64,000 nucleotides of DNA from Candidatus Portnoybacteria bacterium (GCA_028688325.1 JAQTYI010000001.1:31088-95087), one strand, 5' to 3'; counted from the stretch's first letter, positions 46,205-55,734 are shown. Program-made: numbers and translations. Notes: generated by a model from the sequence alone, not told the origin.

Positions 46205-47224
46205 ATGTCAAAGCCAACTTATCCCCAAAAACCGATAATCGTCGTGGTCGGCCCCACGGCCTCGGGAAAATCCGACTTAGCAGTTAAGCTCGCTAAAAAA
46301 TTCAACGGCGAGGTTATTTCGGCCGATTCGCGCCAGGTTTACAAAGGCATGGATATCGGCACGGGAAAGGTGCCTCTCTCAAGTCCCCCCCTTGCGCAAA
46401 GGGGGGCCAGGGGGGTTAAACCTGCTGGCTACTACGGCGGCATTGCACATTATTTAATCGATGTGGCCTCGCCAAGCCGCCGATTTACCGCCGGGCAATA
46501 CAAAAAACTGGGGCAAGCAGCAATAAAAAAGATACAAGACAAAAACAAGATTCCCATCGTTTGCGGCGGCACCGGATTTTATATCCGCATGCTTGTGGAC
46601 GATCTGCAAGTTCCGGCCGTCAAGCCGGACTTAAAACTGCGCGCCAAATTGGAGAAAAAGACAACACAAGAACTATTCGCCGAGCTTAAAAAACTGGATC
46701 CGCGCCGCGCCGCGGAAATCGACCGCGCCAATCCCCGTCGGCTCGTTAGGGCGCTGGAGATAATTTATCTAACTGGCAAACCCGTGCCGCCGCCCCCCCC
46801 CTCTGTCATTCCGGGCTTGACCCGGAATCCAGAACCTGGATCCCGCATCAAGTGCGGGATGACAAATAATAATGTATTGTTCCTCGGCATCCGCCTCCCC
46901 CGACCCAAACTCGCCAAACGCATCAAAGCGCGCCTGGCTAAACGCCTTAAACAAGGAATGCTCGCCGAAGTCAAAAAACTCCGCGCGCAGGGCGTTTCCT
47001 GGAAACGACTGGACAGCTTCGGCCTGGAGTACCGCTGGCTGGCGAAATTTTTGCAAAACAAAATCTCCTATGAGGAGATGGTTGAGCGCCTGCAAAAAGA
47101 TATAGAACATTATGCCAAACGGCAGATGACCTGGTTTGGCCGCGATGAACGGATTCGCTGGATAAAAAATTCTGCGCAAGCGGAAAAATTTATGGCCAAA
47201 TTCTTGAAAAAATCAGCTCTCTAG
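46205..47224 (+). CDS. miaA: tRNA dimethylallyltransferase with two in-frame repeat-derived inserts
   Basis: P-loop GPTASGKS, and SADSRQVYKGMDIGTGK. Insert 1 at about 46384-46420 is LSSPPLAQRGARGVKPA (poly-G/C family). Insert 2 at about 46790-46866 is PPPPPSVIPGLTRNPEPGSRIKCGMTNN (gtcattcc...gggatgac family). Confidence 0.85.
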   Translation: MSKPTYPQKPIIVVVGPTASGKSDLAVKLAKKFNGEVISADSRQVYKGMDIGTGKVPLSSPPLAQRGARGVKPAGYYGGIAHYLIDVASPSRRFTAGQYKKLGQAAIKKIQDKNKIPIVCGGTGFYIRMLVDDLQVPAVKPDLKLRAKLEKKTTQELFAELKKLDPRRAAEIDRANPRRLVRALEIIYLTGKPVPPPPPSVIPGLTRNPEPGSRIKCGMTNNNVLFLGIRLPRPKLAKRIKARLAKRLKQGMLAEVKKLRAQGVSWKRLDSFGLEYRWLAKFLQNKISYEEMVERLQKDIEHYAKRQMTWFGRDERIRWIKNSAQAEKFMAKFLKKSAL

Positions 47225-48772
47225 TTTTTTCTTCAACATCCCAACCACCACCTGAGGATTGGCCTTGCCCTTCGTGGCGGCCATGACTTTGCCGACAAGA
47301 AACATCAGCGAGTTTTGCTTGCCTTTTTTAAAGTCCGCCACCGGGCCGGGGTTGGCGCTTAAAACTTCTTCGATTGCCAGATTCAGCTCTTCCTCATCGC
47401 TCACCTGGCCCAAGTCCTTTTCGGCAATGACATGCGAGGGATCCGCTCCCGTGGCGAACATTTCCGCCAGCACCGTTTGCGCGCCGGAAGATGAAACCAC
47501 GCCTTGCGCTGTCAGTTTGATGAACTCGGCGAATTTGGCCGGTGTGATTTTTACGGCGGAAAAATCATTGCCCGACTGATAAACCAGCCGCTGGAGCTCC
47601 GTAATCAAATAGTTCACCGCCAGTTTTGCCGATTTGGCATAGTCAATTTTCGGCTCGGCCATTTTAGCCAAAGCCGCCAATTCGCTGGCCGTTTTTTCAA
47701 AATAATTTCCCAGATCGAAATTAACGACTAAAACATCGATATCTCCGGCCGACAAACCGTATTCTTTGGCGAATCTCTCCCTTTTTTGCGCCGGCAATTC
47801 CGGAAGCTCTTTTTTCAATTCCTCGCTCAAGATCACCAACCCCTTTAGCGGCGGCAGATCCGGCTCGGGAAAATAGCGGTAATCATGCGCCTCTTCTTTC
47901 GCGCGCTGACTGAATGTCTCGCCTGTTGCATCATCCCAACCGCGCGTTTCCTGAATTATCTTTTCGCCCGCTTCCAACGCCTCGGTTTGCCTTTTTATCT
48001 CATAGTCAATCGCCCGCTCAACTACTCGAAAAGAGTTTAGATTTTTTATCTCTACCTTCGTCCCTAATTTCTTTAACCCTCCTGCTTCCCCCTTTACAAG
48101 GGGGGCAGATACGGGTTTATCTCCCCCCTTACGCAAAAGGGGGGTTGGGGGGTTAAAGTCCACGGGCCGTATACTAATATTGACTTCGCACCTCATCTGC
48201 CCTCGCTCCATATCCGCATCGGAAATTCCCAAATATCTAAAAATTAATTGCAACTCCTGGCAAAATTTGCGTGCCTGAGCGCCGGATTTTATATCGGGCT
48301 CTGTTACCAATTCCATCAACGGCACGCCGGCGCGGTTTAAATCCACAAGCGAATAGTCAGCTCCCTTGGGATGCGTTAATTTGCCGGTGTCCTCCTCAAG
48401 ATGTATCCGGGTTATCCTGACGCGGGCTTTTTCATCGTTTTCTCCGATATCCAAATACCCGCCTTCAATTAGCGGCTGGTCGTATTGTGAGATCTGGTAA
48501 CCCTTAGGCAAATCGGGGTAAAAGTAGTTCTTGCGGTCGAACTTGGATGTGTCGCCGATCTGGCCTCCCAGGGCCAATCCCGCCTTTAGAACCATATGCA
48601 CCGCTTCCTCGTTGATGACAGGCAAGGTTCCGGGCTGGCCGGAGCAGACGGGGCAGATATCAACATTGGGCTCGGTTTCAAGGCCCAGCCCGTTGGGACA
48701 AGAACAAAACATCTTGCTCTTGGTTTTCAGCTCGGCGTGGATTTCCAGGCCTATAGTCGGTTCGTATTTCAT
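47213..48772 (-). CDS. gatB: Asp-tRNA(Asn)/Glu-tRNA(Gln) amidotransferase subunit B with an in-frame insert of about 25 aa
   Basis: Starts MKYEPTIGLEIHAEL and has GatB/YqeY domains. The insert DFNPPTPLLRKGGDKPVSAPLVKGEAGGLK is encoded by the element at 48073-48156. The track start (MNITEFLLPGM) lies inside MITE 1b. Confidence 0.9.
   Translation of the reverse strand: MKYEPTIGLEIHAELKTKSKMFCSCPNGLGLETEPNVDICPVCSGQPGTLPVINEEAVHMVLKAGLALGGQIGDTSKFDRKNYFYPDLPKGYQISQYDQPLIEGGYLDIGENDEKARVRITRIHLEEDTGKLTHPKGADYSLVDLNRAGVPLMELVTEPDIKSGAQARKFCQELQLIFRYLGISDADMERGQMRCEVNISIRPVDFNPPTPLLRKGGDKPVSAPLVKGEAGGLKKLGTKVEIKNLNSFRVVERAIDYEIKRQTEALEAGEKIIQETRGWDDATGETFSQRAKEEAHDYRYFPEPDLPPLKGLVILSEELKKELPELPAQKRERFAKEYGLSAGDIDVLVVNFDLGNYFEKTASELAALAKMAEPKIDYAKSAKLAVNYLITELQRLVYQSGNDFSAVKITPAKFAEFIKLTAQGVVSSSGAQTVLAEMFATGADPSHVIAEKDLGQVSDEEELNLAIEEVLSANPGPVADFKKGKQNSLMFLVGKVMAATKGKANPQVVVGMLKKKLES
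48073..48156. repeat. Poly-G/poly-C palindromic element inserted in frame in gatB
   Basis: The reverse complement is nearly identical to the miaB copy (ttaaccccccaaccccccttttgcgtaaggggggagataaacccgtatctgccccccttgtaaagggggaagcaggagggttaa). Confidence 0.7.
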
Positions 48773-48903
48773 ACCAGGTAGTAGAAATTCGGTTATATTC
48801 ATAAATCCATACGGATTTTTAAATTGCCGAATTCTATAGTTTTATCAAATTTTGCCAATTAGTGATAGTTAACTAAACTGCCGAATTTTCACTACCTGGC
48901 ATA
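48770..48903. mobile_element. MITE copy 1b with 20-bp TIRs, flush against the gatB start codon
   Basis: cataCCAGGTAGTAGAAATT ... AATTTTCACTACCTGGcat; the interior is about 80% identical to copy 1a; ATA flanks. Confidence 0.65.
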
Positions 48904-48911
48904 TCTATATT

Positions 48912-49754
48912 CTACTCTTTTTTTGAAGCCAAATAAACATTCCTCAAAAGCAGTGCTACGGTCAATGGGCCAAGGCCTCCCGGCACCGGCGTTAAAAACG
49001 CCGCCTTGCCTTCTACGCTTTTTGCGTCTACATCTCCTGCCACCTTACCGTCGTGATACCGAGTGACACCGGCGTCTACTAAGATTGCGCCTTCTTTTAT
49101 CATCTCTCCTTTTATCATCTGCGGACAGCCGCAAACCGATATCAAAATATCCGCTTCTTTTATTTTTTTTTCCGCGCCAAAAACCACGCAGGTATTGCGC
49201 ACCATATAATCAATATCCGCCCCTTCGCGCTTTAAAATTATTTTCAAGGTCTCTCCGAATTTTTCGGAGTTCACCAGCGCCAACATCTTCTTACTGTCAA
49301 ATTTATTTTTCATCGCCGCCTGCAATACCGCCAGGATGGCCGAGGGCAAGACCGGTATCAGATTTTCTTTGCTCCTTTCCAGCAGTTTTTTATTTTCCTT
49401 GTGAAATCCATCAACATCCTTGGCCGGATCAATGGCATCAATAATTCTGTCGACATTCAAGACCGCCGGCAAGGGCAGTTGGACGATTATGCCGTTAACA
49501 TCCGTATCCTCGTTTAAATGTTTGATATAAGAGGTTATTTCATCTTCCTTGGCTTGAGCACCGAACCTGTGCTCAACCGCTTCGATGCCCACCTTGGCGG
49601 CGGCCGCCTTTTTCAGTTTTATATAAAGCTTGGAGGCCTCATCATCGCCGACCAAAACAATCGCCAGCTTTGGTGCTCTTTTTTCCTTGCTCACACTTTC
49701 TTTCAATTCCTTTAAAATTTTATTGGCCAGTGCTTTACCGTTGAAAAGTTTCAT
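48912..49754 (-). CDS. folD: Bifunctional methylenetetrahydrofolate dehydrogenase/cyclohydrolase
   Basis: FolD motifs (K..A...GI, NGIIVQLPLP, GVTPGGVGP). The internal Met (MKLFNGKAL) is preferred because the upstream ATG lies inside repeat copy 4. Confidence 0.85.
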   Translation of the reverse strand: MKLFNGKALANKILKELKESVSKEKRAPKLAIVLVGDDEASKLYIKLKKAAAAKVGIEAVEHRFGAQAKEDEITSYIKHLNEDTDVNGIIVQLPLPAVLNVDRIIDAIDPAKDVDGFHKENKKLLERSKENLIPVLPSAILAVLQAAMKNKFDSKKMLALVNSEKFGETLKIILKREGADIDYMVRNTCVVFGAEKKIKEADILISVCGCPQMIKGEMIKEGAILVDAGVTRYHDGKVAGDVDAKSVEGKAAFLTPVPGGLGPLTVALLLRNVYLASKKE

Positions 49755-49780
49755 TAAATTTATAAATAATGATTCGGATT

Positions 49781-49973
49781 CCCCACCCATAGCGAAAAAA
49801 TAATCAGAAAATCGAGGCGAGTTGAGCGTCTAAATTTGCGTGCTGTGGTGGGGCCCCGACCGTCAGGTCGGGGCGTTGCGGATAGCAAATTTAGCGAGAC
49901 GAGCCAGATTTTCTTTATTTTTTACGCTCGGGCGCAGGTCTTTTGGCTACTTTTCTGCCTGCCAGAAAAGTAG
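49781..49973. repeat. About 200-bp structured intergenic repeat family, copy 4
   Basis: The central hairpin is ccccgacc-gtca-ggtcgggg here versus ccccaagc-gtca-gcttgggg in copies 1-3: compensatory changes with pairing preserved. The distal hairpin is ctacttttctg-cctgc-cagaaaagtag. Confidence 0.75.
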
Positions 49974-49985
49974 CGAGGAAAAAAA

Positions 49986-51215
49986 CTAATATCTAAAATC
50001 CTTATATATAGGAAACTTCTTTACCAGTATTTCCACTTCCTTTTTTATCTCACTCCGCAATTTTTTATTCTCAAAATCCTTAAGCAACTGAGCGATCAGC
50101 CCCGCTAAAAATGCCGCGTCTTTTTCCTTAAATCCCCTGGTGGTAATGGCCGGCGAGCCCAAACGGATGCCGGAAGGATTGAACGGCGGGCGCGGATCGT
50201 TGGGAATAGAATTGCAATTTAAATATATGCCGAGTTTATCCATTTCATTTTGCACTTGGCGCATATCCAAATTAAAATCAGTCAGATCCAAAACCATTAG
50301 ATGATTATCGGTGCCGCCGCTGACAACTCTTATTCCTTGCTCTGCAAATTCCTGCGCCATAGCATGGGCGTTTAAAATGACTTGGTGCTGATATTTTTTA
50401 AATGCCGGCGCCATCGCTTCCAAAAAACAAATCGCCTTGGCCGCCACGATATTATCCAGTGGCCCGCCCTGCGTGCCAGGGAAAACGCCTTTATCAATAA
50501 GACGCGCCAGCTCTTTTTTGCACAGTATCAGCCCGCCGCGCGGGCCGCGCAAGGTTTTATGGGTCGTTGAAGTAACAACATCGCAATGCGGAAAGGGATG
50601 ACTATGCTCGCCCGCGATAACCAGACCCGCGATATGGGCGATATCCGCCATCAGATAAGCGCCGACTTTTTTGGCGATCTTTGAAAAACCCTCGAAATCC
50701 AGCTTGCGCGAATACGAGGTCGTACTGACGACTATGAGCTTGGGTTTCTGCTCCAATGCGATTTTTTCCACCTTCGCCAGATCGACAAGCTCGGTTTTTG
50801 CGTCAACTCCGTAATGCGCAAAATTATACATCTGTCCGGAAAAATTGACTGGCGAGCCGTGCGTCAAATGCCCGCCGTTGGCCAAACTGAAGCCCAAAAT
50901 TTTATCGCCGGGTTTGAGCAGCGCCAGGTAAACCGCGGCATTGGCTTGGGAACCGGAATGCGGCTGAACATTGGCGTGCTCGGCGCCAAATAACTTTTTG
51001 GCGCGCTCCACGGCCACGCTTTCTATCTCATCAATGAACTCATTGCCGCCGTAATATCTTTTGCGCGCATAACCCTCCGAGTATTTATTGGACAAGGGCG
51101 TTCCCATAGCGCGCAAGACCTCCTCGGAAGCGTAGTTTTCCGAAGGAATCAAAGTCAGCCCGTCCCGCTGGCGAACAATCTCTTTTTTGATTAACTTGTT
51201 TATTTTTTTATCCAT
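49986..51215 (-). CDS. glyA: Serine hydroxymethyltransferase
   Basis: PLP-binding HKTLRGPRGG and SHMT N-terminal motifs. Confidence 0.9.
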   Translation of the reverse strand: MDKKINKLIKKEIVRQRDGLTLIPSENYASEEVLRAMGTPLSNKYSEGYARKRYYGGNEFIDEIESVAVERAKKLFGAEHANVQPHSGSQANAAVYLALLKPGDKILGFSLANGGHLTHGSPVNFSGQMYNFAHYGVDAKTELVDLAKVEKIALEQKPKLIVVSTTSYSRKLDFEGFSKIAKKVGAYLMADIAHIAGLVIAGEHSHPFPHCDVVTSTTHKTLRGPRGGLILCKKELARLIDKGVFPGTQGGPLDNIVAAKAICFLEAMAPAFKKYQHQVILNAHAMAQEFAEQGIRVVSGGTDNHLMVLDLTDFNLDMRQVQNEMDKLGIYLNCNSIPNDPRPPFNPSGIRLGSPAITTRGFKEKDAAFLAGLIAQLLKDFENKKLRSEIKKEVEILVKKFPIYKDFRY

Positions 51216-51264
51216 AATCTTTCCGCGTTAATCCGTGTATTGTTAAATCCGCGTCAATCAGCGA

Positions 51265-51690
51265 TTATATTATTCCGCTGCTCCCAAATCTTTTTTCTCC
51301 CCTATTGGTCGCCGGCATTTCCTGAACTTCTTCAATTTCCGGCATCTCTATCTTTTGGATAAGCAACTGGGCAATTTTTTGCCCCTTTTTTATCTCAAAG
51401 TCCTCTTGGCTCAGGTTAACCAGGCCTATCAGATATTCGCCGGTATAGTTGCTGTCATAAACCCCGCCCAGCGTCTTTATGCCGAATTTATGCGACGGCC
51501 CGCCTTTATCCCAAATAAGACCGACAAAGCCATCCGGAATTTTAATGGCTATTCCGGTCGGACAGGAAATCCTTTGCCCGGGCTTTAAAACAACATCTTG
51601 CGATGAATAGATATCCATTCCCGCATCCCCCTCGCTCCCAAAGTTCGGCAACTTCGCCTCGGCTGATAATTTTTTAACCTGAATTTTCAT
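51265..51690 (-). CDS. dut: dUTP diphosphatase
   Basis: dUTPase motifs (G.DIYS, GLIWDKGG, GVYDSNYTGE, RGEKRFGSSG). Confidence 0.85.
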   Translation of the reverse strand: MKIQVKKLSAEAKLPNFGSEGDAGMDIYSSQDVVLKPGQRISCPTGIAIKIPDGFVGLIWDKGGPSHKFGIKTLGGVYDSNYTGEYLIGLVNLSQEDFEIKKGQKIAQLLIQKIEMPEIEEVQEMPATNRGEKRFGSSGII

Positions 51691-51839
51691 CTTAAAATTT
51701 GAAACGGCGCAAATAAAAAAGGGGTTCTTGATATTTAATTTATACCAGAAAACCCCCGTTTAATCAATGACGCTATTTTTATTGTTCGAGCTTGTCGAGA
51801 ACTATTTTAACTTCTCGACTCCGCTCTAAGAATAATTGA

Positions 51840-53261
51840 CTATACCTTCCTTTCAGAAAAATAATCCCCCGACTTGCGCAAATCGATGTCGCGGCCGCAA
51901 TAACGCGCCCCCTCGGCGCATTTGCCTGTCTTAAAGCACGGCGGCTCAAGCACACTCAAAAGGGATGCTTTATTGCCGCGAATCGATTCTATGCCTTGAC
52001 GCAGACCACGACCGAGATGATATATCTCCTCCTGGGCGCACCAGCAAAGACGCTTGCCCTGCTCGTGAAAAATGGCATTGAGCGAGCCCTTCTTGTCGTA
52101 GGACACCATCGCCCCATAAGGCGCGATAGCCGCGGATAGGGTTGGCGGCAAGGATTTGGCCAAATCCAGCCATGCATACAGATATTCCTTGGCAATTCCG
52201 GCCATATTCGGCAGCATCGCGATAACCGGCGGCAGATAAAAATTGCCCGTCAAAACCGGCTTGCCGCGGCGAATGGTGCGATGGCGCTGGTCCTGGCCCA
52301 TGCAGGCCAAAGAAATTTCCACCGAGGTTTTCACATCATGGATATTGTTATCCATATATTCGGGCAGAAAATGAAGCAAGTCCACCGGATACATATCTTC
52401 CGGCTCGGGAAGGACAATCTGGCCATCAATATCGCCCAGATTTGCCAAAATTAATCCCGGTTTGAATTTTACCCGGCTGTCAATCCGCAAAATATTTGGC
52501 GACCAAGTCCGGCCCCGGCGGGAAAACATATAAGCGACTTCCGGGTGGCGCGCCAAAACCAGATCCGCCATTTTTTGCGTCAGATGCATTAAGCCCGGAG
52601 TCCAGGCCGCTTTATAAAGAGACACCAAACCGATCAGGTCAAAAGTATGATCAAACCCGGTCGGAAAAATCGCTGAGATGAACGAGCGCAGCTGTTCCTG
52701 TGCGATTTTGGGAGCATTGGCCTCTATATACTTTGCCGGGGCATTGGGCCGCTCCTTGGCGATGGTTTGGGCGGTTAGCTTCGTCGCCGCTTCGATATGG
52801 CGATGGTAAATTTCTACGCCATTTTTTGCGAAATCCATTACCCGCTTCAACGACTCCGCCGGCAAGTCCGGCCAGAGTATCCGGATGTATTCTTCGATGG
52901 AAGGAAAATCTGGATTCAAAAACATTTTGGCGCAAAAACGGCCGCTGCGCTGGTCGGAATTGTAGAAAGGATGATCCAGGTGCGCGCCGAGCGTGATATC
53001 GCTTACCGCGATGCCTTCGATGTCAAAGGTGAAATAATGATGCTCCAGGGTCGTGTGATGGCTGGTTTCAAAAAGACGGCCTTTCACATTGATCTGGCTG
53101 CCCAATTTTGGCGACTCGGCCTGATAACATTTTTGCGCCGCGTGGCTGGCCAAGAGCAAAAGACCGTCCCTCTTTTTAAACAACGCCGAAATCACACGAT
53201 AAATTCTGTCCTGCCATCTTTCCACTAATATTGTTTCTGCTCTTAATTTTACTTCTATCAT
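51840..53261 (-). CDS. Tandem ThyX-like (flavin-dependent thymidylate synthase family) fusion protein with a Cys-rich C-terminal tail
   Basis: N-terminal half: HHTTLEHHYFTFDIEGI..HLDHPFYNSDQRSGRF aligns to the ThyX segment HETPFEHIVFTF..FRHRIASYNELSGRY, but the RHR motif is replaced by LDH. C-terminal half: EISLACMGQDQRHRTIRRG retains RHR. The tail has CWC..CFKTGKC..C. Confidence 0.55.
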   Translation of the reverse strand: MIEVKLRAETILVERWQDRIYRVISALFKKRDGLLLLASHAAQKCYQAESPKLGSQINVKGRLFETSHHTTLEHHYFTFDIEGIAVSDITLGAHLDHPFYNSDQRSGRFCAKMFLNPDFPSIEEYIRILWPDLPAESLKRVMDFAKNGVEIYHRHIEAATKLTAQTIAKERPNAPAKYIEANAPKIAQEQLRSFISAIFPTGFDHTFDLIGLVSLYKAAWTPGLMHLTQKMADLVLARHPEVAYMFSRRGRTWSPNILRIDSRVKFKPGLILANLGDIDGQIVLPEPEDMYPVDLLHFLPEYMDNNIHDVKTSVEISLACMGQDQRHRTIRRGKPVLTGNFYLPPVIAMLPNMAGIAKEYLYAWLDLAKSLPPTLSAAIAPYGAMVSYDKKGSLNAIFHEQGKRLCWCAQEEIYHLGRGLRQGIESIRGNKASLLSVLEPPCFKTGKCAEGARYCGRDIDLRKSGDYFSERKV

Positions 53262-53285
53262 CTTTTCCTCCTTTTTATGATTATC

Positions 53286-53891
53286 CTATAAAACCGCTAA
53301 GATTTCTTGATGCACCGCTTCCGCGCTTTTTTCTCCGTCAACCACGGCAAACGCTTTGCTGAAACGCTTTGACCGAGCCAACATTTCGTAATTGGCCGCC
53401 ACCTTCCGCATCTTTTCCAACTTCTCAAAGATACGAATATTTGTTCCTCTGCCGTTTATCCGGCGCAAGCATTCTTCGGGATCAACACGCAAAAGAACGA
53501 CCTTATCCGGGCAGAGGAAATCATCGTTAAGCGACAACAGCTTGCGCAATGGCACATCGATGCTGCCAAACGCCACGGAAGAAAAGGCATATCGGTCGCT
53601 CACGACTATTTTGCCTTCCCGCAACATCGGAATAACTTCTTCTTCTAAGTGCTCGGAGCGGTCTTGCGCGAATAATTCCTGTAATTTTAAAGGAGCTGCT
53701 TGTTCCCTGCCTTCCAGAATATCCTTTATTTTCTTTCCCGCTCCCGTGCGCTGAGTCGGCTCTTTAGTTAAAAAAACAGGCAAGCCGCGCTCGGCAAAAT
53801 GCTTTTTCAAGCGCCTGGCCTGTTCGCTTTTGCCCGAGCCGTTCAAGCCCTCAAGAACGATAAATCTTCCTCCGTAAAGATTTTGTTTCAT
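53286..53891 (-). CDS. tmk: Thymidylate kinase
   Basis: P-loop GLNGSGKS, DRY-like motif, lid region. Confidence 0.85.
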   Translation of the reverse strand: MKQNLYGGRFIVLEGLNGSGKSEQARRLKKHFAERGLPVFLTKEPTQRTGAGKKIKDILEGREQAAPLKLQELFAQDRSEHLEEEVIPMLREGKIVVSDRYAFSSVAFGSIDVPLRKLLSLNDDFLCPDKVVLLRVDPEECLRRINGRGTNIRIFEKLEKMRKVAANYEMLARSKRFSKAFAVVDGEKSAEAVHQEILAVL

Positions 53892-53971
53892 AATTCCTCC
53901 TGCGTTATGAGATACACCTAATTTACTTCAATGGAACAAAAAAAGCAAGAATGATTTTTTCGCTTTTTTTA

Positions 53972-54490
53972 TCATTGCTTGTCATAATTTTCCAAAGAAT
54001 CGTCGATTATATCAAGCTTGACTTTCGCCTTCTTGAAAAGCTCCCGGCTTTGTGCGTCGGCGTGGTATCTTTTCTGCGCCACTACCCTTTTGATGCCGAC
54101 CCTGGCAATGCGCCTGGCGCAATTGATGCAGGGGGTCATTTTGCAATAAAGCGTGGCCCCGCGCAGAGCGATGCCGTCCATGGCCGCCTGTAAAATGGCG
54201 TTCTCTTCAGCGTGCAGAGTGCGCACGCAATGTTGGGACTGATTGCCTTTATTGTCAATAAGAGTAACCATCAAATGCCCCGCCTCGTCGCAATGCTTGT
54301 CTCCTGGAGCCGAACCGACATAACCGGTGGTTAATATGGTATTTTTATCGCTCACTATTATCGCACTGCTTCTCCCGCGATCGCAGGTGGCGCGCCTGCT
54401 CAACGGCTCTATTAATCCCAAAAAATACTCGTCCCAATTCGGCCGGCTGTATTTTATAATCTTTGATTCGAGTTTTGCTTTTTTTGCCAT
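53972..54490 (-). CDS. dCMP deaminase (ComEB-like)
   Basis: Zinc-binding HAE and PCINC motifs. Confidence 0.85.
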   Translation of the reverse strand: MAKKAKLESKIIKYSRPNWDEYFLGLIEPLSRRATCDRGRSSAIIVSDKNTILTTGYVGSAPGDKHCDEAGHLMVTLIDNKGNQSQHCVRTLHAEENAILQAAMDGIALRGATLYCKMTPCINCARRIARVGIKRVVAQKRYHADAQSRELFKKAKVKLDIIDDSLENYDKQ

Positions 54491-54605
54491 AAAGATAGTG
54501 ATTGGCTGCTTAAAAAAGACAAATTATTGTCATGCCGAACTTGTTTCGGCATCTCAGCCATGGATCCTGAAACAAATTCAGGATGATAAAAATATAAAAA
54601 ATGCT

Positions 54606-55151
54606 CTAATTCTTTAAAATCTCGTCCACTTGTTTATACAATTCCTCATAACTCCCATTATTGTCTATTAAAAAATCAGCGCGGTTTTTCAGATCCTTTA
54701 TTTGCAGCTCCGACTCATCTTCATTCGCCTTCTTGAAATCATCGAAGGTTTTCTTGGCATCATCCGCATTTTCTCCTCTCTTCACGATACGCTCATAACG
54801 GATATTCATATCGGCCTCCAAATAAGTCAGCTTGAATTTCGGATTGGCTTTTAAAAATTTTATATCGGCCAAACGGCGGATACCGTCGATGACTATAACT
54901 TCGCCGGCCTCTTTTTTTACGTCTTCCGCCATGACCTGCGCGAATAGATCTTCGCCGAAGCTCTGGCGCAAGACAGTAGACAATTTTTGCATGTTGTCGC
55001 GCGATTGTTCCAGCGACAACCTGTCCAGCACATCGCGCAGCATTGTTGAAAAACGCCGGGTTTTGGCGCTATATTTTTCCGTCGCGTATTTGGCGACAGT
55101 CCCCTTACCCGAAGCCATTTCTCCCGCCAGCCCCAAAATTATTTTCATCAT
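54606..55151 (-). CDS. P-loop nucleoside/nucleotide kinase-family protein (dNMP/adenylate-kinase-like)
   Basis: Walker A GLAGEMASGKGT; its position in the thymidylate cluster suggests a nucleotide kinase. Confidence 0.5.
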   Translation of the reverse strand: MMKIILGLAGEMASGKGTVAKYATEKYSAKTRRFSTMLRDVLDRLSLEQSRDNMQKLSTVLRQSFGEDLFAQVMAEDVKKEAGEVIVIDGIRRLADIKFLKANPKFKLTYLEADMNIRYERIVKRGENADDAKKTFDDFKKANEDESELQIKDLKNRADFLIDNNGSYEELYKQVDEILKN

Positions 55152-55264
55152 TTCGATAGAGTTTATCTTCGTCAGTATACTAAATTTACACCGCCCAAAA
55201 ACAAAAAGCAAGCTCCGCTGGAAGCTTGCTTTTATGCCCAACTATTGATGTCTGACATCAATAG

Positions 55265-55687
55265 TTACTCTACCTTAATGCCCATACTGCGCGCCGTTCC
55301 TTCCACTATTTTCATAGCGGCTTCGATGTCGTTTGCGTTCAGGTCGGCCATCTTTTTCTCGGCTATTGTCTTGATCTGATCTTTTGAAACTTTGCCGACT
55401 TTTTCCTTTAAAGGATTGGCTGCGCCTTTTTCAATGCCGGCCGCCTTGCGCAGCAAATCCGCCGCGGGCGGGGTCTTGAATTTCAGCTCGTATGTCCGGT
55501 CCTCGTAGATTATGACTTCCACCGGAATGACATCGCCGATGTTCTTTTTCGTGCCCTCGTTGAAACGGCTGCAAAATTCCATCAGGTTAAGCCCGTGGGG
55601 GCCCAGCGCTTGGCCCACCTTTTGGCCGGGAGTCGCCTGTCCCGCGGGCAACTGCATTTTCAATAATGTTTTTACTTTTTTTGCCAT
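55265..55687 (-). CDS. rplK: 50S ribosomal protein L11
   Basis: [26 protein letters not shown]. Confidence 0.9.
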   Translation of the reverse strand: MAKKVKTLLKMQLPAGQATPGQKVGQALGPHGLNLMEFCSRFNEGTKKNIGDVIPVEVIIYEDRTYELKFKTPPAADLLRKAAGIEKGAANPLKEKVGKVSKDQIKTIAEKKMADLNANDIEAAMKIVEGTARSMGIKVE

Positions 55688-55734
55688 AAATTTATTTAAT
55701 ACGCGGCCAGAAGCGTGCGGCGTATTTTTACTGT

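Noticed and set aside
45218-48156. Inteins or self-splicing introns as the explanation for the in-frame inserts
   Set aside because: The inserts are only 25-35 aa and lack intein splicing motifs (no N-terminal Cys/Ser with C-terminal HN). They are far too short for group I or II introns, and they are palindromic repeats that also occur between genes.
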